The notes under the pieces: generated by a model
Seen by the model: the letters and a program-made list of their open reading frames with translations, nothing else
Database searches by the model: none
What the model was told of the DNA's origin: nothing
Shown: positions 47,747-57,979 of the stretch, piece after piece
How positions within the stretch are numbered: position 1 is the first letter of the stretch
Layout of the letters: each line of letters begins with the position of its first letter
Program-made: the position numbers and the translations under genes
From: Planctomycetota bacterium
Lineage (GTDB): Bacteria > Planctomycetota > B15-G4
Direction: 5' to 3'
DNA: 64,000 nt
Assembly: GCA_965248575.1 (NCBI GenBank)
Contig: CBDFJQ010000002.1
Span: forward strand, 2,208,001 to 2,272,000

Positions 47747-48421
47747 ATGGACTCACAAATGGGGCCCGGCGCTAATCAATCGACCACTGACGGGTCGACT
47801 TCCACTCCCAATAGTCTTCAAGTCGAGGAGTACAAGGCGACCAGAGCAGACCTCCTAAAACGGCAAGACCGCAAGCTCCACATAACCATTGCGTACGCCT
47901 CCGTGTGCGCCGCAGTGTGGGCATTAGTTCTCAAGGCATCAGGCGATCAATCAGAAAGTATCCCCAACATCCTGCCCCTGCTGCCTCTCGTTGCGGTATC
48001 CCTCGGCACCATGCTGGTCTACGTTGAGGACCACACGATCAATCAACTCTCGATGTACTTGCTCCTGTTCTATGAAGAGCAAAATTACGAATTGTACTGG
48101 GAACGTTTCTTGCAACGAAAGCGATCGCGTGGCAAGAAAACGTTCGACTCCAAGATTCGATTCTTCGTAGCCAGGGCCGCAATCCCCTACGGGTGCATAT
48201 TCACATCGATTGCTCTGTGGGGCTACAAGACCGAACAGTTGGGTGAAGCAACTGTTTTTGAATATGTACTCATGTCCCTCACTGTGCCGATCTCAATTAT
48301 CTCAGTTTGGTACGCATCTCGATCATATTCTGGACGCATCCGCGATAACCTAATGAAGCACGAGCGGGAGACGCGAGACAAACTGCAAGGCAACATGCGC
48401 GATGATCCTATTGGCCAGTAG
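47747..48421 (+). CDS. AT-richer orphan membrane protein (~4 TM)
   Basis: Open frame with RBS-like purines; EEYKATRADLL then hydrophobic segments; composition visibly unlike flanks. Confidence 0.7.
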   Translation: MDSQMGPGANQSTTDGSTSTPNSLQVEEYKATRADLLKRQDRKLHITIAYASVCAAVWALVLKASGDQSESIPNILPLLPLVAVSLGTMLVYVEDHTINQLSMYLLLFYEEQNYELYWERFLQRKRSRGKKTFDSKIRFFVARAAIPYGCIFTSIALWGYKTEQLGEATVFEYVLMSLTVPISIISVWYASRSYSGRIRDNLMKHERETRDKLQGNMRDDPIGQ

Positions 48422-48480
48422 GGTCTGTGGCCGTAGCTAGACACGCTTCCCTTACGCCCTGTCCCTCCCGCTGACTCCGG

Positions 48481-48572
48481 CCGCCTTCCCGATCATCCAA
48501 GTTGGCCAACACGACCATGGGTTCGAGCTGCGGTTGGACGGATCATGTGCCAAGTGGACCCCCGGTTCGCGT
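48481..48572. repeat. ~93-bp dispersed non-coding repeat, copy 2
   Basis: 17-bp identity GATCATCCAAGTTGGCC plus flanking similarity to 11455-11547. Confidence 0.7.
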
Positions 48573-48604
48573 GTAGGGCCAGCAAGCCGTGACCAGTGCA
48601 GGTT

Positions 48605-48991
48605 CTACTTCTTGAGGCTCCAGGAGCCCGTGCCTTTGCACGCGATGTAGAGGAATGCGAAGCAGTAGACGACCGCCAGCTCGCCCTGGTTCACGGCCGG
48701 GAAGAAGTTGGAATCGAACTGGAACTTCCAGTGAAACTGGAAATAGGCCACGGCCATGGTTCCGCTGGCGAGGAACGCCGCCCAGCGCGTGAACAGGCCC
48801 AGGGCGATGCAGGCGCCGGCTGCCAACTCGATGACGCCTCCAACCCAGAGTTGGGACATGATCTCCGGCTGCTGATCACTGAGGACACCGAACACCTTCT
48901 GGATGCCGTGGAATGCGAGCAGTGCACCGAGGACGGTGCGCATCACTCCGTAAGCGCGTTCGGACTGAAGGGCGAGGACTTTAGCCAGCAT
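48605..48991 (-). CDS. DoxX family membrane protein
   Basis: HGIQKVFG, GVIEL, LGLFTRWAAF, MAVAYF, GELA. Confidence 0.9.
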   Translation of the reverse strand: MLAKVLALQSERAYGVMRTVLGALLAFHGIQKVFGVLSDQQPEIMSQLWVGGVIELAAGACIALGLFTRWAAFLASGTMAVAYFQFHWKFQFDSNFFPAVNQGELAVVYCFAFLYIACKGTGSWSLKK

Positions 48992-49043
48992 GATGGGACT
49001 CCCGTGAGAGATGTTCGAGCGCTGCTCCAGGACACGAACGGCT

Positions 49044-49949
49044 TCAACGCACGCCCAGATTCTGGGCGACGACCCCACCCACCCCACCCTGCTGGACCTG
49101 CACCAGGTAGCTCTGTTCGTCCACGGACTGGAAGACCGACAGCCACCGGTTGCTGAGGAGGCTGGGAGTGTCCTGCAAGCTTCCAGCGCTTCCGGCCGGA
49201 AAGAGGGTGATATCAGGGTTGGCCGGGAGAAAGGTCGCCGTTCCCGCCACGACGACCGACCCGTCGCCTTGCGTGTCGAACGCACTCGCCGCCAGCATCA
49301 CATCGATGGTCAACGCTGGCACAATGCCCGATGTGCCGCTGTTGGAGTCCCAGCTAATCCAGCTGGGAGCACTCAAATGGAAGGTGAAGCCGATGCCCGC
49401 CTTGGCAGCGAGCTTGCGCGACTTGCCCAGCTTCTTGCGCAGAGTGCCGTGGCTCTTGGCGAGCAGCTTGTCAATCTGACCCGCGAAAGCGTCGAGCGTG
49501 CCGCCGTCAGCGTAGGAGAACCCGTCGGGATAGGGACCAAAACCACCTTCGGCGGCAAACAGCACATTCAGCGCGTCACTCTTCGCAACGGCGACTGACG
49601 CGCGGGCGTCGGAGATGTCCTGTACGAGCCCCCCCTGGAAACTGTCGAGAGCTTCGCCGAGATCGATCAGTGACGCGGCGCTGTAGTTGTCGTTCTTGAG
49701 ACCGATGTCGAAGACCTTGATCTGCGCGGTGAGCACCGACTGGGCGGCGGACATCTCACCCTTGAGCACCTTGAGCGCATCCTTGGTGGCGACCTTCAGC
49801 GCCTTCTGGGCAATCTTCGCGTCCTGACCGGCGGCAGCCGGCGCTGCGACGAGCAGGCAGGCGAGCGCCAGGCCGGCGGCAACGCCAGCGCGGGCAACGC
49901 CCCGCTGAGGACCGGCTCTCGAAACACGAAGACGCGCCAGGTGATGCAT
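49044..49949 (-). CDS. Secreted hypothetical protein
   Basis: Signal-like segment LALACLLVAAPAAA, Lys-rich helical region; start uncertain. Confidence 0.6.
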   Translation of the reverse strand: MHHLARLRVSRAGPQRGVARAGVAAGLALACLLVAAPAAAGQDAKIAQKALKVATKDALKVLKGEMSAAQSVLTAQIKVFDIGLKNDNYSAASLIDLGEALDSFQGGLVQDISDARASVAVAKSDALNVLFAAEGGFGPYPDGFSYADGGTLDAFAGQIDKLLAKSHGTLRKKLGKSRKLAAKAGIGFTFHLSAPSWISWDSNSGTSGIVPALTIDVMLAASAFDTQGDGSVVVAGTATFLPANPDITLFPAGSAGSLQDTPSLLSNRWLSVFQSVDEQSYLVQVQQGGVGGVVAQNLGVR

Positions 49950-50121
49950 GTTTCCCGCTCCTCGATGCATGGGTTCCCGCCCCGATCGTCGGCTTGCGAT
50001 GACGATCGGCGGCATCCTAGCACGGAGCTTGCGAGTGGCCGGGCGCTCGCGAACGCTTGGGCGACGCGCCGACCACCACGCCCTGGTCGCGATCGCCGGT
50101 CCGGGTCCGTAGGATCAGCTC

Positions 50122-51024
50122 ATGACCGACCCCGAGCCGTGCACGGGCTACCTCGCCGCGCGGGGTTGCGAGGAACAACTGCGTGCCGAGCTCGGTGACG
50201 TAAGCGAGGAAATCGGTCGGCTCATGTTGGCGCCCGGACCGGCGCGACCCGCGGCCTGGGCGGCGAACATCTGGCACGAGCCTCAGCGACTGACGATCGA
50301 GTCCATCGGCCACGCCGCGCGGACGCTGCGCACGATCCAACGCAACTGGATGCTTTACTCCACCGCGCACCATCGCCGGGCTGCACTCGTGCAGGAGAAG
50401 CTGCCCCACGTCAGCGCCCGCCCCTTGGTGTTCCCCCAGCCCGCACCGACGGCGCCGTTGGGTTCGTGGACCCTGTTGGACGCCCACACGCTGCTCGCCG
50501 CAGGTCGCTGTTCAAGCGCCTTCCCCCATGGCGAGATGGAGTTCGTTCAGGATCGCGAGAGCCCACCAAATCGCGCCTACCTCAAGCTGTTCGAGGCGCT
50601 CACATTGCATGGCAGCATGCCCGGGCCCGGCGACACCTGCCTCGACCTGGGGAGCAGCCCCGGGGGCTGGACGTGGGTCCTGGCACAGACCGGCGCGCAC
50701 GTGATCAGCGTCGACAAGGCCCCGCTCGACCCGCGCATCGCCCAGCTCCCGAATGTCGAGTTCCGTCAGGAGAGCGCCTTCGGTCTGGACCCGAATGGCA
50801 TGCAGGATGTCCGCTGGTTGTGCTGTGACGTCGCCTGCTACCCCGAACGCCTGCTGGAGCTCGTGAAGCGCTGGCTCGACACGTGCCCCCACATGATCTG
50901 CACGCTCAAGTTCCAGGGCGAGACCGATCACGCCACGTCCGCACGCTTCGCCGCCATCCCCGGAGCGCGCCTGACGCACCTGCACCACAACAAGCACGAG
51001 TTGACCTGGATGCTTGGCGGGTAG
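50122..51024 (+). CDS. FtsJ-like (RlmM-related) RNA methyltransferase
   Basis: PNRAYLKLFEA, LDLGSSPGGWT, SVDKAPL, CDVA. Confidence 0.8.
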   Translation: MTDPEPCTGYLAARGCEEQLRAELGDVSEEIGRLMLAPGPARPAAWAANIWHEPQRLTIESIGHAARTLRTIQRNWMLYSTAHHRRAALVQEKLPHVSARPLVFPQPAPTAPLGSWTLLDAHTLLAAGRCSSAFPHGEMEFVQDRESPPNRAYLKLFEALTLHGSMPGPGDTCLDLGSSPGGWTWVLAQTGAHVISVDKAPLDPRIAQLPNVEFRQESAFGLDPNGMQDVRWLCCDVACYPERLLELVKRWLDTCPHMICTLKFQGETDHATSARFAAIPGARLTHLHHNKHELTWMLGG

Positions 51025-51129
51025 AGGAGCACGCGAAGCCTCACTCCAGGGCAGTGTTCGTTGGCCTACTCGAAGGCCTTGCGCAGGTCGTCAAGGTCAA
51101 GATCGTCAACCCTGGAGATCACCGTGAGT

Positions 51130-51457
51130 TCGAACCCGCCAGGTTCACGCGACGGGTCTTCAGCTCGATCACGAAGAGCACGTAGTAAGTCGTCAGCTCC
51201 CTCGGCGTCCAGACCTCTGTGGAGAAGAAGTCCGTGACCGCGACCAGCTCCCAATGAGCCTTGGGGAGGACCTCCACGACGACGGCCTGTCGGGCGCAGG
51301 CTTGATCATATTCATCTTCATGAGGCCCGCTCGGCCCACCCGCATCTTTGCATCGAACGTACACTTCAAGCTGATAGCGATCAGGTTGCGGAGCCCGAGC
51401 ATGATCGTGTAGGGCGTGACGATCGTTGCGGGCGACTGGGTCTCTAGACAGTTCGGG
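51130..51457 (-). mobile_element. Decayed DDE element: left end plus central transposase fragment
   Basis: IKPAPDRPSSWRS, frameshift, KAHWELVAVTDFFSTEVWT…YYVLFVIELKTRRVNLAG; degenerate end CCCGAACTGTCTAGAGACCC on the minus strand at 51438-51457. Confidence 0.75.
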
Positions 51458-51561
51458 ATTCAGGCTGCATGATTCAGCAGTGCGTCGATTCTTTGCGCGT
51501 CCCTCGCTCACCCACTTGAAGGATTCGCATCGACTCCGACCCACTCGATCCGCAGCGGCCC

Positions 51562-53847
51562 ATGACGATCACTCCACCCAGCCCAATCGCTGAGAGTTCG
51601 GCGCTCGGAGCTCCAGGAACGCGACGCATTTCCTTGGCTCGGGATCCAGGGATCTGGGCGCTCGCCATCTCCACGATCATGGTCGTTGTGCCGTATTGTG
51701 TCCCCGTCCTGTCCCCTGAGTACTTCGAGTCCTTCGCCTCGAACGATGGCTACTTCCCCGTGCTTGCAGGCGCCATCTTCGCCATTCTCTGGGGAGTTCG
51801 GAAACTGCCAGGCCCCGCTGAGCGCAGATTCTGGGGATGGATGGCCGTGGCCATGGCAGCAATGTTCGCGATCTCTCTCGAGTACGGCGGCCACCTGATC
51901 AGTGCTGTTCCCGGCGGTCTGGACGTCGACCTCCTTTACCTCTTGGTCTACGCCGCCCTGTTCCTCTCGGTGAACTCATCGCCGGGCCACAGGCCGACAC
52001 TTTCAGGGGCCGGTCGGCTGCGCTTGCTCCAGGTCTCTTCGGCCGCGGTCTTCCTCATCTCTGTCTTCGCGTACTTCGTGCTGATTCCGATCTCGCTATC
52101 GCCAGAGACGGACACGAGCTACGTGCCTCGTTTCGCCATGTATGTGACGTTCGACCTGTTTCTGTTTGCGTCGTTCTTCAACCAGTTCAGGCTCGCCCGC
52201 AGGTCACGCGCACGAGTGATCTGTGGTCTGTTCACGATCGTCACGCTCACTTGGGCGGCCTTGGATTTCTCGGAGTTGCTGTACTTCCAAGGATCTTTGG
52301 CTTTTCCAGATCCAGGGACGCCACTGGATCTCCTCTGGTACATCCCGATCCTGATGATCGGCGTCGCCGCGAGACTGCGCCATCGCTATCTCCCCGAAAG
52401 CGAGCCGGATGGAGTCGACCAGTACTCCACGGTCAGTGCGCTGTTCATCTATCCAGTCGTGCTTCCAGCTCTGCACTTCGGCGCCAACCTGACCGGCGTT
52501 TCCGAAGTCGCGACTCGAGAGGCTCTGGACCTGCTCGTTCTCACCTCGCTGCTCGTCCTGTACGGTCTCGCATTCCTGCACCAGCGGCTCGTTCAGGTGA
52601 TGGCCGGCAGGCTCGCGGCTGATCAGCGCGCCCTGGAAGAGCGCCTGGCCCTCTCCAAGAAGCTGGAGGCACTGGGAGGGTTGGCCAGTGGGATCGCCCA
52701 CGACTTCAACAATGTGCTCGCGTCGATCATGGGGCACGGGGAACTGCTCCGGCTCAGGGCGAGTGCTGATTCACGAGTCCAACACAACGTCGACCTGATC
52801 CTCGACGGTGCGGAGAAGGGCAAGCGCCTGGTAGCCCAGATCCTGACTTTCAGTCAGATGCGTGAATTGCATCGTAGCCCGGTCTCGCTCGCAGGTGCCG
52901 TGAAGGACTCGCTTGAGCTGCTGGGGCCCACGACCCCGGCCAACGTGGCCATCCACACGCGGTTCGAGTCCGATCGCGTCTTCGTCGAGGCCGAAGAGAT
53001 CCAAGTGCATCAGGTGGTCGCGAACCTGATCCAGAACGCATGTCAGGCCGTCGAGAACCAAGGCGGAGAGGTCTTCGTCGAGGTCTACCCCGAGCAGGCT
53101 TCGCGTGCCCTCGCACCTCGCCAAAACGAAGATTCGAGTCGAGGCTTCGCGGTCCTCTCGGTGAGGGATACGGGACCGGGCATGACCGCCGACGTGTGTG
53201 AGCGGAGCTTCGATCCGTTCTACTCGACGAAGGAAGTCGGGCAGGGCACCGGCCTCGGGTTGGCAGTCGTCCACCGCATCGTGACCGCCCACGGTGGCAC
53301 GGTCGATGTGGAGACCACACCGGGCACAGGGACCAGGTTCAGCGTGCGTTTGCCCTTGTCCCAAGAGACCGCCGCCGAGCCCTTCCCCGAAGCAAGCACC
53401 ACTCCCAAGGGCAGCAGGGCCAACCGACGCGTGTTGGTCGTCGACGATGAGCCCGCCGTGGCGGACCTGATGGAGAGCATCCTGGGGCTGCACGGCTACG
53501 AGGTCGAGACCTACCTCGATCCCGAGCGGGCCTTGACCGCCTTCCGCCGCAATCCCGAACAGTTCGACGCTCTGGTCACCGACCAGCGCATGCCCGGGCT
53601 CACCGGGCTGCAGTTGGTTGAATCCATTCGGCGCATCTCGCCCGATCTCCCCGTCCTGCTCGTGACGGGCAATCCCGGCTCCGTGCTCGGAGAGCAAGCG
53701 GGGCACGCAACCGTCGAGGATGTCCTGGCCAAGCCCTTCAGGAGCGCCGATCTCGGTCGCGCCATGGAAGACTTGTTTATGCAGAAGGCGGACCGACCTT
53801 GCCTGAACGGCCCTGAACCGGCCATGAACCGTCAGCGGCAGACGTAG
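51562..53847 (+). CDS. Membrane-bound hybrid sensor histidine kinase / response regulator
   Basis: Multi-TM N-terminus, IAHDFNN, NLIQNA, DTGPGM, GTGLGL, receiver VLVVDDE…TDQRMP…KP. Confidence 0.95.
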   Translation: MTITPPSPIAESSALGAPGTRRISLARDPGIWALAISTIMVVVPYCVPVLSPEYFESFASNDGYFPVLAGAIFAILWGVRKLPGPAERRFWGWMAVAMAAMFAISLEYGGHLISAVPGGLDVDLLYLLVYAALFLSVNSSPGHRPTLSGAGRLRLLQVSSAAVFLISVFAYFVLIPISLSPETDTSYVPRFAMYVTFDLFLFASFFNQFRLARRSRARVICGLFTIVTLTWAALDFSELLYFQGSLAFPDPGTPLDLLWYIPILMIGVAARLRHRYLPESEPDGVDQYSTVSALFIYPVVLPALHFGANLTGVSEVATREALDLLVLTSLLVLYGLAFLHQRLVQVMAGRLAADQRALEERLALSKKLEALGGLASGIAHDFNNVLASIMGHGELLRLRASADSRVQHNVDLILDGAEKGKRLVAQILTFSQMRELHRSPVSLAGAVKDSLELLGPTTPANVAIHTRFESDRVFVEAEEIQVHQVVANLIQNACQAVENQGGEVFVEVYPEQASRALAPRQNEDSSRGFAVLSVRDTGPGMTADVCERSFDPFYSTKEVGQGTGLGLAVVHRIVTAHGGTVDVETTPGTGTRFSVRLPLSQETAAEPFPEASTTPKGSRANRRVLVVDDEPAVADLMESILGLHGYEVETYLDPERALTAFRRNPEQFDALVTDQRMPGLTGLQLVESIRRISPDLPVLLVTGNPGSVLGEQAGHATVEDVLAKPFRSADLGRAMEDLFMQKADRPCLNGPEPAMNRQRQT

Positions 53848-54584
53848 ATGGCGTTGATGTCGTCGCGGTCCAGCAGCGGATTGTAGAACGTCACGGCGTG
53901 CGCCTCGACGGCACCGAACTCCTGACCCAGGCGCTGCGTGAACGCGTCCTCCGGCGGCTCGAACGACCACAGCGCAAAGACGCCACCGGGCTTCAGCTGC
54001 GCGATCAGACGCTGCAGCCCCTGCGGCTGATAGAAGTCGGCGTGGCTGCTGTGTAACAGGCCGCCGGGTGAGTGGTCGATGTCAAGCAACACCGCGTCGA
54101 AACGACGCCCCGGCCGGGTCGTGTCGAAGCCCACCGTCTCCTGACGCGCCAGCTCGAAGAAGTCCGCGTGCACCAGGCGACAGCGGGCATCCCCAGTGAG
54201 CACTGCGCCCAGCGGCACCAGCCCGCGCTCGTGCCAGGCGATGACCTCCGATAGGGAATCGATGACCGTCACCGACGCCACGCCGGTCTGCTCCAGCGCC
54301 GCCGCGGCGGTGTAGCCGAGCCCCAAGCCGCCCACGACCACATCCAGCTCACGCCCCTCACCGGCCCCATCATCGCACCCATCGACGCCCAGCCCCTGCC
54401 CGGCCAGCCCGAGCTCCGCCAGGGCGATCTCCGATTGGTTCACCAGGCTGGACATGAGGAAATCCCCGTCCAGCTTCACCTCGTAGAACTCCTCCCCGCC
54501 CAGCGACAACGCGCGACGCTTGCGCAGGATCAGCTCGCCATAAGGGGTCTCGGCGTGGTCCAGTTCCTGGAAGTTGAGGCTCAT
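53832..54584 (-). CDS. Spermidine synthase-like SAM-dependent protein
   Basis: FLMSS, VVVGGLGLGYTA, LLDIDHSP, LKPGGVFALWS. Confidence 0.85.
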   Translation of the reverse strand: MSLNFQELDHAETPYGELILRKRRALSLGGEEFYEVKLDGDFLMSSLVNQSEIALAELGLAGQGLGVDGCDDGAGEGRELDVVVGGLGLGYTAAAALEQTGVASVTVIDSLSEVIAWHERGLVPLGAVLTGDARCRLVHADFFELARQETVGFDTTRPGRRFDAVLLDIDHSPGGLLHSSHADFYQPQGLQRLIAQLKPGGVFALWSFEPPEDAFTQRLGQEFGAVEAHAVTFYNPLLDRDDINAIYVCR

Positions 54585-55240
54585 GATGCAGGGGGCTCGT
54601 GGGGACGCGCTGGGAAAAGCTGCGGGGCGTCGCCTCACCCTACCCACTCCAGCGGTTCCAGATCGCGATCCGCACCCACGTGCCGTTGCACGAGCACCCG
54701 CGAGTTCTCGTGGTACGTCAGGAGCAGTGCGCGAGGTTTTCGGCGACCAGCCGCGGGGGCGCGAAGGGACGCTTGCAGGAGGCAAAGTCGAGCGGTGGCT
54801 GTGGACAGCCGTGGGTCGTCGCCGGGTGAATTGGTCAAGCCGAGCAAGGGGCGCTACGGCGGCCAAAGTGGGTGCTGAGCGAGCCGGACGACCGATTCGG
54901 GACCTACACGTTCTCACGGGAGAAGCGCGTGTTTCTTAACGGGAACGTCTTGTCCCAGAGCCTCGTGCGGCGGCCCTGTTCACAAAGTACGAGCTGGGCT
55001 ATGGTGCTTTGAGTCCGAGGCTTGGGGATCGGACAGCGTCATCATCAAGGGAGCGGGGGCTGCCATGATCAGCATCGGGAGAAGGATCGGGTTCGGGAAC
55101 GGCGAGCGACGGCCACGCCTCGCGCGTGTCGTCCTTCCGCCGGACAGTCGCACCGGGGCGCTTGACGTTCACGGCGGCGCGCACCCACCGAGGCCCCGCA
55201 CGCGATGGACTCGTCAGCCCATCCAAAGGGAGAGGACACA

Positions 55241-56125
55241 ATGACTGTGATAGGCGCCCTGATCGGGGTCATGTTTGGTGCGTTTTCCGGACTGCTGCTG
55301 ACGTCCCTCTTGATCTTGGGCCAGCCGATCCCCGGCTTTCTCGCACCCTTCCAGTCACTCGCCAACGCCCTCGTCGGTCTCCTGCCGGGCTTTCCCGTTC
55401 CGCTGGCTTTCCTGACCTGGTACGTCTTCAACACCTTCGTGTTTTGGATCCTGTCGATCTTTGCACAGGCGTCCACCGGGCTCACGAGTAATGCCAGCCC
55501 TGCACCGACCGCGAACCCGATCCCCCCGACGGGGACACAGAATTTCTTCCGTGGTTTCGGCCATGGTTCTGCAGGGACCATGAACCTCGCCATCTTCAGC
55601 CCGTTCCTGGCACTTCTACCGCTGTTGATCCTGGGGATCGCCTCCACGCTACCCCTGCTGGCGGTCGTCCCGGCCATTCGCCGGAACGTGTTCTTCCAAG
55701 GTGTCATCTCGTGGATGAGCTGGTTGATGCCCATTCACTGGTTCGGCAACTCCGTGGGCATGCTGATCTACCTCGTGTTCCGCGGCGTCGGCATCTTCAC
55801 GGGAACGCCGGGTCGGGTCCGCCTCGACCTCACGTCAGGCATCATCGAGTCCAGCGCCCCGGCACCGGTGACCGCTTTCAACGTCGCGGTTTTCACCTAC
55901 TTAGGTCCCGCTAACCCTCCGGGCCCTTTCTTGGGGGCGAACGTCTCCTCGCACGAGGTGGGGCACGCCATCAACTCAGCGGCCATGACGCCGTTCTACA
56001 CCTGGGGAACGGTCATTGAGGAGTTCCGGCTCTTTGGTGGCCCCGTCCAGTTCTCCATCGGTCAACAGACTGCCGAGAGTCGCGGGGCCCCTCGGCCAGG
56101 AGCCCTGTTCTCGGCGATGTGGTAA
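55241..56125 (+). CDS. Membrane protein with HExxH motif
   Basis: Several TM helices, SHEVGHAIN; strong RBS (GGAGAGG). Confidence 0.7.
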   Translation: MTVIGALIGVMFGAFSGLLLTSLLILGQPIPGFLAPFQSLANALVGLLPGFPVPLAFLTWYVFNTFVFWILSIFAQASTGLTSNASPAPTANPIPPTGTQNFFRGFGHGSAGTMNLAIFSPFLALLPLLILGIASTLPLLAVVPAIRRNVFFQGVISWMSWLMPIHWFGNSVGMLIYLVFRGVGIFTGTPGRVRLDLTSGIIESSAPAPVTAFNVAVFTYLGPANPPGPFLGANVSSHEVGHAINSAAMTPFYTWGTVIEEFRLFGGPVQFSIGQQTAESRGAPRPGALFSAMW

Positions 56126-56143
56126 CCAAAGGAGGGCTAGACC

Positions 56144-57634
56144 ATGTGCGAATTCTCTGATCTCCAGGCCGGAGGCACGGACCTGGATGCCAACGACCTG
56201 CCGACCGTCATCGTGGCCATTGGCCGGGTGACGCTTGATTGCGCCTCCGTGATCGTGCAGATCCGGGACGATGTGGGCACACTCATTCTCGACACCGTCG
56301 TCTCGCCCGAGAGCGCCGTCAACGAAGTCAACGGAGTCCAGAAGAGAGTCGTCCGCGCCTCCGTCGACAGCTCCAACCTGAACATTGCCTGCGCTGACCG
56401 CGTCACGATCACCATGACGTGCGAGTCAGACCCCAGTTGCACACTGAGCGGGACGTTCGAAGTCGTCTGCAAGCCCGCGCCAGATTCATCCTGCCCGGAC
56501 GCCAACGCTCTCGACCTCACCTTGACGACCAACGGTGTGGTGATCACGACGGACTCGGAGTGCGCTCCGCCCGGCAGCTATTCGGCCGAAGTGACGGGCG
56601 TCCCCTCGGGCAGTCAGATCTACTGGTCGCTGGACCTGGACGACACGGTCTCCGACCTCGGTTCCACAAACCCCACCAGCTTCAATCTGCCGCCGGGGAG
56701 CGACCCGGCCATTGTTTCCGTCACGGTGATCACCCCTGGGTGCCCCCCCATCACGCGTGCGTTTTCGCTGCCCGACAGGCAGGAGGGTCCCTGCCCAGAG
56801 AGCGTCAGCTTTGAAGTTCGTCGAGAAGGCGTGTTGGTCACGACGACGGATGATCTGCCAAGCGGGACCTACCAGGTCACGATTCTCTCACCCGTCGCCT
56901 CGGGCAGCACCTACACCTTCCAGGATGACACCGGCATCGTGCAGAGCGGCAGCTCAGCCAGCGCGAACCACATACTGATGGGCAATGGTGCCTCCCTGAC
57001 GATTCTAGTGACAGTGGTTGTTTCGGACTGCTGCCCCCCCGTCGTCGGGACGACGACGCTCACCAGCGCACCCACAGAGGAGGACCCGCCGGATGTCACA
57101 CCTCCCGGCGGCAATGGCGACCCCAATGGCGACCCCAACGGCGACCCCAACGGCGACCCCAACGGCGACCCCAACGGCGACCCCAACGGCGATCCCAACG
57201 GCGATCCCAACGGCGATCCCAACGGCAACGATGACGACGACGATCCCTGGGAGTGGCCCAGCCTCTGCGGCTGGCTCTATGCGCTGCTGATGCTCGCGGT
57301 GCTGGCCTTCATCGGCCTGTGGATCGCCTCCTTCACGACATTCCCGGCCAGCACAGCAGTCTGGGTCGCGCTGGGCGTTGTGTTTGCCGTCGTGCTGCTC
57401 GCCTTGGCGCTCTACGCCACTGTCTGCAACGCCAACTCGTGTCGTAGGCTGCGCATCCTCGGCTGGATGTTCGCCTGGTCAGCCCTGGGCTGCATCGTCG
57501 CCTGGGTCGTCAGCGCCTTCACGATCTGGTTCCTGCTGGTAGGCGCCTTGGTGGCGGGCCTGGTCTGCATCGTCATTGGCATGCGTCTCGCCCAGCAGAA
57601 CTGCGACTCGCTGGACCTGTTCGCATGGCCGTGA
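56144..57634 (+). CDS. Cys-rich beta-domain protein with (NGDP)9 linker and four C-terminal TM helices
   Basis: GGAGG RBS 18 bp after the upstream stop; repeated TT.D..P.G.Y.V modules; hydrophobic C-terminus. Confidence 0.75.
   Translation: MCEFSDLQAGGTDLDANDLPTVIVAIGRVTLDCASVIVQIRDDVGTLILDTVVSPESAVNEVNGVQKRVVRASVDSSNLNIACADRVTITMTCESDPSCTLSGTFEVVCKPAPDSSCPDANALDLTLTTNGVVITTDSECAPPGSYSAEVTGVPSGSQIYWSLDLDDTVSDLGSTNPTSFNLPPGSDPAIVSVTVITPGCPPITRAFSLPDRQEGPCPESVSFEVRREGVLVTTTDDLPSGTYQVTILSPVASGSTYTFQDDTGIVQSGSSASANHILMGNGASLTILVTVVVSDCCPPVVGTTTLTSAPTEEDPPDVTPPGGNGDPNGDPNGDPNGDPNGDPNGDPNGDPNGDPNGDPNGNDDDDDPWEWPSLCGWLYALLMLAVLAFIGLWIASFTTFPASTAVWVALGVVFAVVLLALALYATVCNANSCRRLRILGWMFAWSALGCIVAWVVSAFTIWFLLVGALVAGLVCIVIGMRLAQQNCDSLDLFAWP
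57113..57226 (+). repeat. 12-bp coding tandem repeat AAYGGCGAYCCC x9.5
   Basis: Direct reading. Confidence 0.95.
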
Positions 57635-57648
57635 CAGCGCGCTATTAG

Positions 57649-57822
57649 TTGTGTGGGAATGGCGCTTGGCGCTACGACGGTAAGTCGCTTCGAGACTTCA
57701 CGGAGAAAGATGGGCTGACGAACGAAGACAACCTGGACTTCTACTGCGACAGTCGCGGCGATCTGTGGGTTGGAGGCGCTGGCGTCGTAAGGTCCAACGG
57801 CGAGTCCTTCGACCGGGTCCAG
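57649..57822 (+). pseudogene. Fragment of a two-component-regulator propeller repeat protein
   Basis: GAWRYDGKS…FTEKDGL…DSRGDLWVG…NGESF; no credible 5' gene. Confidence 0.6.
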
Positions 57823-57979
57823 TCTCCCTCAGAGCCAATGGCGAGTATTCGGAGGGCGGTTCGCTCGGGCCGCCCGCAATCACAATCGCCTGTTTGAGGT
57901 CCATCGAGTCACCACCCGCACCAGTGCGCCCCCACATGGCATCCTGGCGCCCACCGAACACCCCGGGGAGAACCACGCC

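Noticed and set aside
51125..51142. GTTCGAACCC T-loop-like motif
   Set aside because: Lies at the edge of a transposase remnant with no cloverleaf.
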